From NCBI RefSeq assembly GCF_018977255.1, contig NW_024704749.1, positions 6,634,001-6,698,000 of the forward strand: 64,000 nucleotides of DNA, written 5' to 3'. Below the pieces are notes generated by a model. The model was not told the origin of the DNA. It worked only from the letters and a program-made list of their open reading frames with translations, and did not search any database. Numbering within the stretch: position 1 is the first letter of the stretch; every line of letters starts with the position of its first letter. Shown here piece after piece: positions 37,350-49,133 of this stretch. The DNA is from Callorhinchus milii. Its lineage: Eukaryota. Position numbers and translations under genes: made by a program.

Positions 37350-37444
37350 CCTTTTCTGGCGTGTTGTGTGGCCCGTCTCGCCTCTGCCCTTTCCCTCAGC
37401 ACTGCGGGGTCCTGTATAAATAGATCTCTCTTTGGGCCTTCCTC
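37350..37444 (-). CDS. ASCC2: ASCC2 coding exon 17
   Basis: ttccag|EEGPKRDLFIQDPAVLRERAEARRATQHARKG. Confidence 0.9.
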
Positions 37445-37949
37445 CTGGAAATGAGAACAATGCATTTTCCTGTTTACCAAGCAAACAGATGCTGGTAACC
37501 TGAGCACAATTTACACCCAGTCATCTTCTGAGCTTCCAAATGGTACGTAGGTTAAAAAGAAAATATGGTGGATTTTTAAAAATATTTATATATACTCTAT
37601 TTTAGTTACAGATATAAAAAAAAATTACATTAGTATAGCACCTTTCAAACAGGTGCCGGACAGTCGGGGATTTGGGACACGAGCAGAGGATTTGAGATCA
37701 GGGAGCGTGGTCGAAGGCGCGGTTGAAAAGGAGGGTCTTGAGACGTGCCTTGAAGGAGGCAAGGGAGGGAGTGAGATGAAGGGAATGTGGGATGGAGTTA
37801 CCATAGAAAGAGGAATCTCAAAGAGAAATGGATTGAGTGACTGTGAATTTAACAGTATTCCCCTCTCACCATATAACATATCTGTGCATATTTGCTTGCC
37901 ATAATTTCCACGTTAACACTGAAATACAACTGTGCAGAATTGGTGTTAC

Positions 37950-38028
37950 CTTTGGCGGTGCCTCTTCTACATCATCGTCCTCTTCCTCTTGTTCATACTT
38001 TCTTAGAACGAGTGGGACGGTGAATGGC
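37950..38028 (-). CDS. ASCC2: ASCC2 coding exon 16
   Basis: PFTVPLVLRKYEQEEEDDDVEEAPPK. Confidence 0.92.
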
Positions 38029-38191
38029 CTGGTAAAACAGCAGCGGATATTCTAAGTAATGGATATGCTTAATAGATGCAAGGACTGCAGTGGTAGATAT
38101 TAAATCCAGTGTTTGTTAAATGGTAATTTAACAATTACAATGGTAATTTTATTTTCCCCTGTCCTCCCATGAGAACTTGTATCTGTCCTAC

Positions 38192-38410
38192 CTTCTGCTG
38201 ATCAATTCATCATCTGAATCAATGTCATTCGCTCCGACTTGATTAACGTCGTATGTGTCGTCATATTCGTCATCGTAATTGTCCCCATAAAAGTGGGCAC
38301 CATCTTGTTCTACGAGCACTTCCTCCACCACAATACTGTAGGCCTTGTATCTCTCCTTCTGCTCCTCAATGTGCGACTTATCATCCAGCAGCTTTTTCCC
38401 CTCTTCTTTT
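38192..38410 (-). CDS. ASCC2: ASCC2 coding exon 15
   Basis: KLLDDKSHIEEQKERYKAYSIVVEEV...YDDEYDDTYDVNQVGANDIDSDDELISRR. Confidence 0.94.
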
Positions 38411-39278
38411 CTGCAAAGGAAATAGGATTATTTTCAAAAAAAAGTCACCCTATTAACAATGACTGATGGCCCCTGGGTTGACTTGGCGGAAACAAAAACC
38501 TATCAAACCAGCAGGCCCACTGTTCCTAAGATAGGTTATTGCAATAACTGGAATTGGAGCCACGAAGGGCGGATAATAGAACAGGCAAAGGACGCAGTCC
38601 TTTCACATCTGGGATCATATTATCAGCAGGTTTCAAACCCAAAGTGCTGAAGCCAATTGAGTACCATGCTGCTTAGATTGTTAAGATAGTTCAGCAGTGA
38701 CTCAAGATCAAACCTGGCACCCTCCTGTTGTGTATTGCTCAGTGCTACACCATGGAATGCATTTGCTAATTGAGTCATTAACCATAGATGGAATCTATGG
38801 AAAGAAGCAACTTTTAACTCAAATACCAATTCCCTGCTCTTTCCCCTATTTCCTTTTAGACTGTTTAGATGGTTATCCAGTTTCCTAAGAAATGTTGTGA
38901 TGATCCTAGCTACAATAGCTGCTTGTGAGAAAGCATTCCATGTTCCGTTAACCCCCCCATCTGCCTGAAAAAGTTACAAACCTTAAATCTATCAGAAAGA
39001 ATTGCAATCCTTTTCTAATCTGCTTTAAACTAACTTCTGAATGAACTGTTAATGGGGCCACATTGCTCTGAAACCTCAAAACACTACCACTTTACTGTCA
39101 AGTAACAGTTCATTGTGGGTTTCAAGTAGACAGGTACATGAAAGTAATAGGTTTGAAAGTGTTTGGGGAAAGGCGGAACAGAGGAATTGAATGGATGGTT
39201 TGCTCTGAGATCCAGCACATGGGCTGAATGGTCTCCTTTTGCGCTGTAAGTGTTTACGATTCTATGATTGCAACTCAC

Positions 39279-39398
39279 TTCTTGCCTCTAGAGACTTTGG
39301 ACATGTCTAAGGTATTTCTGCTGAAGATATCAAATTCATCATTGTCGAAAACACCGAGTCTTGTTGAGAGGACTGAATGTTTGTCCTCGGTCACTTCC
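39279..39398 (-). CDS. ASCC2: ASCC2 coding exon 14
   Basis: EVTEDKHSVLSTRLGVFDNDEFDIFSRNTLDMSKVSRGK. Confidence 0.94.
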
Positions 39399-40360
39399 CT
39401 AACAAAAACAGGAAATGTACAATTGTTATATAATTGATCTACAAGACACTACCAAGATACCATTAGATTTGAGGACTACTGAATGTTGGTAACACAAGCG
39501 AGATATACAACTTGTAAGTGGCAATTCTAGCAGTGAAATCTGATCTCATTCTGTGGACTTAATAATAATACCAATATGACCATGTTATCAGGAGATCTGA
39601 AAGAGGTTCCTCCTGACATTATAATAAAAATATTGATATCACAAGGTTTGAATGTTCAATTTCAGAAAGAGGAAAACAAGCATGTGGTTTAAGATTGATT
39701 TATAAAAAAATGTTGTAGTTCACAAACTAGAAATTATGGAGCACAATCAATCGTCTCTGTGTTACAAGGCTATTGCAGTTGCCTATGTTGTCCTCTGTGC
39801 ATTGGCTTAGCAGGAGAAATATCTAGCAAACTACTCTTTCAACATCAGTTTCGTCTGCCAATGCGGACAGTTAAAAATGTATCAAACACAACAACTTGTG
39901 CTTATATAGCACCCTTCATGAGTCTCGAAGCACTTAACACAATCCAAGAAGGTCTTTCTCTGAAAATAGTCAAAAAGTCCAATGATATTTATAGCATAAA
40001 TAGAACTGTGGCCTTACCCTATACAAATTAGCGGATTGTCCTCTTTGTGCACTCCACAAGGCAGGTGTCTGGGTGGAACAGGAGACAAATGAAATCTAGG
40101 ATCAAACTTTAACATAATGGAGTATTCAAGGTCTTGTAAGTTTGAAAATGAATAATAATACTTGCAGTGAGAGCCTCACTGTGCCGTTGAGAATTCTCAA
40201 GGTGTTTCTCAGAATACATTGTAAAGTGGATTGACTGTTTATTTTGTGCGCAAAACGTGGCAAATTCATCTTATTTAACAGTAATGGTCATACGAGGAAC
40301 TGCAGTCCTTTTGCATAAAAGGAAGATTTCATTTCAAAACTTTTGCGTTTAATTTCTTAC

Positions 40361-40566
40361 CTTTCAAGAGTTCGGTCCAGTTTGTGAAGAGAAGGTAGCA
40401 GCTTATCTTCAAGAATATTATTGATCACGTTTTCGGCATCATAATTATATTCTTCCAGGCAGGAAAGAATAAAGCCTTCCCCGAGGTCTGGTAAGATATC
40501 TTTCACTTGAGAAATTAGAGATTCCAGCTCCACTCCTGTTACTCTGGCTGCAGTTGCCCCCGCACA
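40361..40566 (-). CDS. ASCC2: ASCC2 coding exon 13 (CUE ubiquitin-binding domain)
   Basis: GVELESLISQVKDILPDLGEGFILSCLEEYNYDAENVINNILEDKL. Confidence 0.96.
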
Positions 40567-40982
40567 CTATTTACACGCAGAAATAAACATGCGCTATTAT
40601 TTTAAATGTCACTTTCTCTGTCTCACTGGAACACAAGTCTTGATGATGAATAACTTCAGTAAAATCTTAATATTACAAGCAAACATAAAAACTAGGCTTT
40701 ACTGCTTGTTTTTGGTCAGAGAGGTAAAGAATAAGAAAGCCCTTCTCACATTTTCATAATACCTACCCTACCCCCATTAAAGTATCAAGCCGTTGCTTGA
40801 ATAAGTTCAGTGTGCTGGTCTCCACTGCATAAAGTGCAATTTAAACATGCAATCTTTCAGGAGCTTAGTGGCTCGGTTAAGAGACCTAGCTAGCAGCAAA
40901 GTTTACTTCAAAATTACAACTGTACCACTTTCTCCATCTTAACCTAAGCCAAGATGAAGAATTTATTGGGTACTGTACTTAC

Positions 40983-41181
40983 ATAATCATCATTCTCGTA
41001 TTCATACTCTAGCTGCTGAAGGTCATGTTCCGTTTCCCCGTTTGCGGTTGGAGGTTGAATAGCAAGAGAGGCAGATGCTGTGTGTCCAGTGTTTCCTGTC
41101 GCAAAGATGGGCTTCTTTCTGCCAATGGCTTCCCAGGCACTATCAACAGCTTTGATGATGTAAGAAGTCCTGGTCTCATCA
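40983..41181 (-). CDS. ASCC2: ASCC2 coding exon 12
   Basis: DETRTSYIIKAVDSAWEAIGRKK...YENDDY; donor gtaagt. Confidence 0.92.
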
Positions 41182-41259
41182 CTGTGCTGTAAGGTTAAGA
41201 TGTACAACGTAGAAAAGAGAAGGGCGTTGCTGGTGGGATCCTGGCCAACAATACCTTAA

Positions 41260-41440
41260 ATACAAATCCTTGTATTTGATATAGCGACTTATCACGTCTT
41301 CGAGATGTCTCAAAGCGCTTCACAGGATATATGGTAACGTGAATTCACTGTATATTTTGTGTGCAAAACACGGAAGCCAATTGCGCACAGCAGTGTCCCA
41401 CAAACAATCGTGGATTGAATGACCAAGTTATTATTTTTTT
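41260..41440 (-). mobile_element. SINE fragment inside the ASCC2 U12-type intron
   Basis: Reverse-complement core and tail. Confidence 0.8.
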
Positions 41441-41699
41441 TTGGAATGGATCTACCCAAATTGTCTGCCACTTTAACCTAATAAATAGTCACTTTACAGA
41501 GAACTCTGTGAAGCACGTTGACACATTCTGACGTGACGCAAGGGTTCGTTTATTACTGTGTTCTCTCGAAATGCTACTTAAACAGGTGCCTGTTTACACT
41601 CTAATATCCCTTTCATCTCTCAACACTTCTGAACCTAAACAACAATTTCAAATTCTGCCAGATGCAAATTCTTCCAATTTGAAGAGAAGGTAAGGATAC

Positions 41700-41774
41700 A
41701 GCCCAGGAAATGCCTGTTGTAGCAGACTAATATCATCGGCCACTGGAAACTGTTCATCATAATCTGTCAGAAAT
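41700..41774 (-). CDS. ASCC2: ASCC2 coding exon 11
   Basis: FLTDYDEQFPVADDISLLQQAFPGL; followed by the U12-type donor GTATCCTT. Confidence 0.94.
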
Positions 41775-42544
41775 CTGAGTGAAGAAAAAAGAGAATACGA
41801 TTGTAATGTTTTAAGTACTACCCTCAATTGAAGCAAGCTCAGAATCTTTTTCTGAAACTGAACCCTGAATGTTCAGCATCTTGGGACATCCTCCTGACGT
41901 GAAAGTTGCTTTCTAAATGTAATTTTGTTGTTGTTTGTTTTACAATTAACTTAAGTTGGCATGAATGTACTTAAAATGGAGCTTTGGAACCTAGCAATAC
42001 ATCAGGAGAAACCAACACTGCATAGAAGGTGATTTGAGCTCCCAACCTTCTGCTAGGGGATCTTGCATTCCAACACTTGTGTTGTTAGAGCATTGAGAAA
42101 GATTTTTCCAACAACACGATTTATACACGAATCCAGACATTGCTTAATGTTGGTTTGCTCGGCTATAGTCAGTAATAATATGGAAATGGTGGGAATTTCT
42201 TTTTGGGGAATAACATTGAGATTCAATTGTCACTTTGCCTTGTAAAATCTCTGTAATGCAAGTTTTGCGGCAAGTTTGTGGCTCTAAGTTAGATAGTAAC
42301 AGGAGCATTCCTCTCACACATTTGACATGGCAATTGTTGGGAGCACAGAAAGACTTATAAATTGTTATAGAATCCTTTGGGCAAATCACAGATTTCCCAT
42401 AACCTAATATATGTGTCAACAATCCTGAACCAGTAAGTGCGAGTTGATTCTTCTACCAAATGTCTGCAGATAAAGGACAGAGTTCTATTGACAGCACGTG
42501 AAGCTTTAATGCTGGTATTTGTGGAGTCTGATTGCATCCCATAC

Positions 42545-42613
42545 CTCTTTTCATGCAGAAGGGCTGTGAAGATCTGAAGAAAATCTTCTATGAAAGCCAA
42601 AATGTTCTCAGAT
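42545..42613 (-). CDS. ASCC2: ASCC2 coding exon 10
   Basis: SENILAFIEDFLQIFTALLHEKR. Confidence 0.95.
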
Positions 42614-43992
42614 CTACAAACACAAGAAAGACAACTGTCAAATATTTGGTTACCGTAACTGGAACTAATGCAGTAAAAATGGCATGTGGTATACATATTT
42701 TTCTTGCACTAAATGCTTTTGACTCATAACTTGTAGATGATGCATCATAACATCTCCTATCACATTGTAAATTGCAACAAGTTTAATGTAAGTATTAGTT
42801 CTCTTTTATAGAAACTGGAAAAGGTAACTGGGCTCAACTGCTTATTTAATGACTCCCAAAGAATCAAACTTTTGATTTCTCAGTGGTGTAGCAATCCACA
42901 ACAGTTCCATATTCAGACAACCCAAATGCCTTTCTGTAATAAGGTTTGGCTCGATTTGTGTACAGCTGCAATAGACCAGAACCCACTGCCATTGCGAAAT
43001 ACAGTATCCTTAAAGAGAGTGATTTGGGAGTAAATCAATTAAAAAATTGAGTCATTTTTTAAGCCCTTTTTGGGGGAGGAAAACAACGCAGATGTTTAGC
43101 TATTTGTGCCAGGAAATTAGGTTACCCAATAGGCTATGTTAATCTGCCAGAAAGCCAGCTATTCATCTGACATGTTTTTATAAATCCCCTTTATTGCCAT
43201 GCCTTGAACTTCAACAATTTGGGCTGCAGAGTCAATGTCACTGCACAATTAGCCAATGCTACGTGTGCTTCTGTGAAACAGGAATGGTCCCCTTGCTCCT
43301 AACAGAGGTTTAGAATAAATACAACAATATTAAGCATTTCCTGCTGTGCAGACTCCAGATAAATACTAGCATTTTTGAATGGTCGTTATGCAAGATAACC
43401 CCAAATGTATACAATAACCCAGATTCAAAATAAATTAGGCTTTTATGCATCAAAGACCTTGAATAAACTGTGCCGCCACAGACACAAGGGACTGTTGTCC
43501 AAATTCTTTACTCTGACAGCTTGCTTTATGAATACCATTACACTGAACTATTTTCTGCAAGGTTTAAAAAGAAATAAAATAAGCTGCACTCCCTTTTGTA
43601 AAGATCAGCATAAATGAGCTTACAATGAGATTTAACAAAGCAAGCCTGCTCCTAACAGAATATCCAGTATTCGAATAGCAGAAGTAAAAGTAAAAGAGCA
43701 AGGCAAATAAATGTGGTTGTGGATACCAAGAAATAATTGTAGCAGAATTGTAGCGGCGTACCAAGACGAGTGCACAGAACGGCTTTTCATTTTCCAAAAT
43801 CCGAGAAAGCTTATTTTATACCTGGTTCATAACTGCTGGAAAGCGTTTGTTATGCTTTCCAACAGAAAAACAGCTAGAAGTGGAAAGCTCTATATGCTTC
43901 ACTTCAGTGAGTTTGGTGCTGTCAATATGTTATCCACATACATATATACATACACCCACACAAATACAGGTAATTCTTTGCTGCCATCTCAC

Positions 43993-44100
43993 CCATTTTC
44001 TAATATAGGTTGAAGGCATGTGTAGTTTATGATGAGATGAAAGATTTCTATCATTTTCTTCCTTGAATGTGAGAGCCTCCTCCATAGATCACTCTGCAAA
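43993..44100 (-). CDS. ASCC2: ASCC2 coding exon 9
   Basis: LQSDLWRRLSHSRKKMIEIFHLIINYTCLQPILEN. Confidence 0.95.
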
Positions 44101-44450
44101 CTAAAAGACAAGAACAAAACTTTAGTCCCGGAGAGCATGTGTACATGTCCTCACCGTTCAGTTACTGGTTGAGAGTTTCACTGCCAAAGGGTAGTGAAAT
44201 CACATATGCGCTTCTATAGGAAGGCACTAGCCTTCCACTGAGATCTGGAAGCAAAACAGCAATGGAAAACGATTGGGAAATTCAGATAAATAAGCGTTCA
44301 AGAAATATTTACATCCAAAGGGATTTTGTTTTGGAAAATACACGGTTAGGTCTATACAGAGCTTTCCACTTTTAGCTGTTTTTCTGTTGGAAAATCCAAG
44401 ATTTTCTTTAATGGCAATTTTTAATGGCAATTTCACTCAAGTATTCTTAC

Positions 44451-44525
44451 CTGGTTTCATCAAATTGCCTCTTTTTAATTGTACGCTCCAGTTCAGGGAC
44501 AACTGCCTCATAAAATGAAGTCAAT
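44451..44525 (-). CDS. ASCC2: ASCC2 coding exon 8
   Basis: LTSFYEAVVPELERTIKKRQFDET. Confidence 0.94.
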
Positions 44526-44884
44526 CTGCAAGGAAAGAGGAAAGTTCAGACAAAATTAACTCTGTATGTTATTCCTCCCAAATTACCGTTTATTTCCAAA
44601 AATCAATAATTAAAATAAAACTAGATAAAACCTAAATGTACTTTTTTAAAATACCTTTCCACATTCAAACTGGATGCAGAATTAAATACTTAATAGTTCA
44701 ATTTGTACAATATTATTTGTTAAAAAAAGTGTTCTCATTGCACTCATTGTGTTTCGCCCACAAAATACACAGTCAATTCACTTTACAGTATATTCTGTGA
44801 AGCGCTTTGAGACATCTAAGATATCATAAAGCGCTAAGTAAAGTGCGAGGGGTATTATTATTAATACTACATTAGTAAACCTAC

Positions 44885-44997
44885 CGGAGTAGAAAGTCAT
44901 GCTTTTGCATTGTCCTACTCGCATCAGGGAAAATATCCAGGAAAGCAAACAGTGTAGTACAAGTATCACACAGATACAGCAAAATATCTTTAAACTC
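44885..44997 (-). CDS. ASCC2: ASCC2 coding exon 7
   Basis: EFKDILLYLCDTCTTLFAFLDIFPDASRTMQKHDFLLR. Confidence 0.95.
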
Positions 44998-45549
44998 CTG
45001 AAAGAACAAAGTACATTCAGTCAACTGACTTTGTAGAGTACAAACAACAACAAATTACATTTATATAGCGCCTTTCATGTGGGAAGGATGCCCCAAGGCG
45101 CTTTATACAAACTATAAACTTTATATAAAGATGGTACACTTTGCAGACTTATATAATAAATCTTTAGAGGCAATAAAGTACCGATGCATTGTTATAGTAC
45201 TGGCAAATTAGGCAACAGGAGAAATGGTTCTTAACACAAGAAAACAAATGCACTAACTCCAATGTGCAATATGCTATACGCACGTTTTGTCTCTAGCAGA
45301 GAAAGCAATGGAGTAATGATTTTAACAAAATCCATCCATTTTTTCCACTTGTACAGTTCATTAGTTGTGGCTACAGTAAAATAAAATTTTCTAGATGAAA
45401 AGGGCGTGGGAATAGCAGTAGAACTTTCAATACATGTTTATATAATTCAAATATTACTGTTCTTGAAGATACAAGTTTTTTCATACACCGCCAGCAAAAA
45501 TTGGCTGTTAGGAATGAACAATCAACTGCCTAATAATTAAGAGCTGGAC

Positions 45550-45660
45550 CTGCAGAGGCATATCCAATGGCGTGGCTTTGGTTTGAGTGCCAATCTTCTG
45601 TGGCCGTTCAACCTGATTTTCAGACTGTACACCACACTTCTCACGGATAGTGCTGAACAC
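45550..45660 (-). CDS. ASCC2: ASCC2 coding exon 6
   Basis: VFSTIREKCGVQSENQVERPQKIGTQTKATPLDMPLQ. Confidence 0.9.
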
Positions 45661-47157
45661 CTTGGAAGAAAACAGAACAAAATGCTTATAACTTTAAAAC
45701 CCTCATAACTGGTAAAAATGGGGGAAGAGATTCTTCCCAATGAACTCCTGTTAAGGCTACAAGCCAAAGTTCTAATGGGTAGGGTGGTCCTTGCTGGATA
45801 AGCAGCAGGACACTTGCCAGACACTTTTCTTAATGGCAAACTCCAGCAGAATCCCCAATGCACATTCTGGGCGCCCACATGTGTTAGCTCTCTGCAAGCT
45901 TCAGCCAATACCTTCCAGAATTAGGTGAGCAGGATTGGACATCCAGGGAGAGTGGAAATTTCTATACATTTGTAGAACTCTCAATAATTTGTTTTGAACA
46001 TTGTGATGGATTGTCTCTTGTGAAAGACACTCAGCTCAAACCCTATTCAGTGTTACATTACAGATAGTGTACACTTTAAGAAAATCACTATAAGTATAGT
46101 ACTTGAACAGAAAATACTCTCAATAGACTTTTCTTCCCCATCAAGGAAATGACTACATTGAAGTTACTATTAATGCGCTATTCACATCTGCAGGGCTTTG
46201 CAAGGCAGCATCAATTTCCTGATAATAGCCATATATCTTAGAAATGTTCAGCTGTAAAGCCAATGTTCCTTTTTAGAATTCTGAAGGGATTCCAACCATG
46301 AAAAACATGTAGAAATCACAATGTACAGCGAGCACACACTAACAATTTATTTAAAAATAAGTGGGCTTTTAAATTGCATTATTTGTTTAAGAACTTCCTG
46401 GCATCACAAACATCAAATGGGATGTGTGTTCACGGCACCAAACTAAAGCCTTTATAAAGGAACGATTAGAATTCCGGAGAGCCAAACAAGTGAAGAAATC
46501 AATGAGAATGAAAGGAAATTAAGTTTGCTATTGAACTGGATAGAAAAAGAAATGCACAATGTGTGTGATTGCATTGAATGGGAGTGATGCTCATAGGCTG
46601 TGAATCTTAATAGGCTGCTATGGAATTCATAGGTTCTAATTTTTCTGGATGATTTATCTATTCGTTTGTTAAAATCCTATCAAGGCAAAGGATGCCAGTG
46701 CCGGAGAATGGAACGTCAACATCCATTTTTGGCATCCGATGTCAGCCAGAAGTATTCCTGAGGTCAAGGGAACAGGAGTCAAATGCAGAGTGATGCTCCA
46801 TCCATGGGCTCCAAGAATGTGTCTAAATGCCAACTTTGTTACAACACCCTTGCACACCATTGTGAATTTCTGCAGCTTCTAACACCATCAAGTCCCAAAT
46901 GAGGGCTGCCAATTTTGTGTCAGCCAGCCATGGGTTCCAGAAGTCAAAAGACAGTGCTACTCAAACCTTTTATTCAGTTGTTTCTCCTTGCCATTTAATT
47001 TGTTCTCACAAAAAAAACCTTGAATTTTTTTAAATAAACTATAATTGTTTGCAGCTGTTCTTGCTCCCGGTGTTCTGGTTTTACTGTAAATCTGTAAGCC
47101 ATTATAAGGAGACCAGAAATCATACCACAATAAGCAATTACAGTGCAGTCCCATTAC

Positions 47158-47225
47158 CTGCAGGATTGTGGGCACAGTCTCATTCAGATCGCTAAAGTAA
47201 TTTGGCTGCTGATTAAAAATGTTTC
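47158..47225 (-). CDS. ASCC2: ASCC2 coding exon 5
   Basis: GNIFNQQPNYFSDLNETVPTILQ. Confidence 0.95.
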
Positions 47226-47520
47226 CTGAAGGAAAGAAAATGTACATTAAAAAAATCTCTGAATAAAAACTTGCATTTATATAACACCCTTTACCCAGGG
47301 CAATGTCTCAGAGCGCTTGATAATTATTAATCTTTATAATTAATTATTATAATGTTATAATTGTCAATATCTAATTAATAATTATCAACATCATTGTCAA
47401 TATCTAATGGACAATTAATCAGGTTCAGAGAATTAACAATTACCGACACAATTGATTATTATCAGACAAATTGAATAATTTCCTCTATAACACACGTGAT
47501 CTCGCCACTTGAGAACTGAC

Positions 47521-47650
47521 CGATCATCTTCTGGAGGAGAGCAGCGTTTCCTTTTCCGTACAGAACACACAAGTCAAAGATTTTGGGGATATCAAAGAGG
47601 AAGCCATCGTAAATTATTTCTCTGAAAGCCTCAGGCGAGATGAAATGGTC
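47521..47650 (-). CDS. ASCC2: ASCC2 coding exon 4
   Basis: DHFISPEAFREIIYDGFLFDIPKIFDLCVLYGKGNAALLQKMI. Confidence 0.95.
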
Positions 47651-47709
47651 CTAATTACAAAAATAAATTTCGAACAACAATTTAAACCAATCGGTCTGTA
47701 TTATGATAA

Positions 47710-47822
47710 AATAATAATAATTCTTGCATTGGATATAGCGCCTTATCATGTTGTTGAGACATCTCAAAGTGCTTCACAGAATGCACTGCAAAGTGAATTT
47801 ACTGTACATTTTGTGGGCGAAA
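47710..47822 (-). mobile_element. SINE 3' fragment
   Basis: Reverse-complement tail and partial core. Confidence 0.75.
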
Positions 47823-47981
47823 TTATTGCTTTCTTTGCAAAACAGGTAAGAAAAAGGAACATTTCATTATACATACACTTTGAGATGTTCACAAACAATC
47901 ATACGAAAAAGAAGTGTGTTAAGTAAAAATATCTAATTAACAATTAGACACAATAAATCATTGTCAGAGCAACTGAATTAC

Positions 47982-48152
47982 TTTGGACTCCTTGTGAGTG
48001 GACATTCTGAGAAATGTCATAAAGACGGTGCGATGGAGCTTTTTCTGCATCTCTGCCACAGCTGGATTTGGATTCTCCAATTCGTCAAATTGGCGAGGCA
48101 TGTATCGCAAGAAGGAGTCCAGGAATTTCTGCAAGGTCTCATCAAAAATAAC
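47982..48152 (-). CDS. ASCC2: ASCC2 coding exon 3
   Basis: VIFDETLQKFLDSFLRYMPR...FLRMSTHKESK. Confidence 0.95.
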
Positions 48153-48494
48153 CTAAAAATTAAACAAAACGTCAAATTGGGCTGTTTCTTCAAAAATAAC
48201 CTAAAAACAAATCATCAAACTGACATATGCGGAAACCCATTGGCATGCTTAAGAGTATCCAAACTAAACTGCATCCCACCTACACATGGAAATTCCAGAG
48301 TTTTTTTTGGAATTGAGCACGTAATTGCCTGGAGGGATGCATCCTGCTTGCCTAATTCTGGAAAGTATTAGGCACCGGTTGACAGGAGCCAAGACTTAAG
48401 GACCCCAGAGTGGCAAGATATCAACGTTGCAGTGATCTGTATCTCTTCTAGAACCATAGATTTGCTCTTTATGCATATATAGGGTCGTTACTTT

Positions 48495-48817
48495 GTGGAG
48501 TCCTGTAGCTCAGTGGTTAGAGCACTCACTTTGCAAGTGAGACCTAAGTTCAATTCCAGGCAGAGGGCGAAACCTTGGGCAAGTTTCCTTACTCCACACG
48601 CCTAATAATAATCCCTCCAAAAACAAAACAATAATAAATTGGTCATTTTCAATCCATGACTGTTTGTGGGACATTGCTGTGCGCAATTGGCTGCCGCGTT
48701 CGCCCACAAATATACAGTCAATTCACTTTACAGTGTGTTCTGTGAAGCGCTTTGGGACGTCCTCCCGACGTGAAAAGCGCTATATCAAATGCAAGGATTA
48801 TTATTATTATTATTATT
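48495..48817 (+). mobile_element. SINE, full length
   Basis: GTGGAGTCCTGTAGCTCAGTGG head, core, GGGACGTCCTCCCGACGTGAAAAGCGCT tail and (ATT)n. Confidence 0.88.
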
Positions 48818-48974
48818 TGTGTCAAACATTTAAGTAACGCAGAACATATTGGAGTGCCCAAACAATTCCCATTAACGATAGCAGTATGCCAAACAAGGTT
48901 CCCAAACCCCAAATGGCGTTACCCGCTGATTACACAGGTCGACTACGCACGTTATCACAAGGCACTTTTAATAC

Positions 48975-49133
48975 CTGACACCAAAATCTGTCGTGAGGAA
49001 GAGCAAGCAACCAATCCAGATCATCTGCAGTGAACTGAGCACGCTCCAGAAATTCTTCCACCAGTGCTTTGTCGCCACCTTGAGGCGGAGGCTTGTACAG
49101 GACAAAGTAACGATCCTCCTTCCTGCTTGGATG
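48975..49133 (-). CDS. ASCC2: ASCC2 coding exon 2
   Basis: HPSRKEDRYFVLYKPPP...DLDWLLALPHDRFWCQ. Confidence 0.95.
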
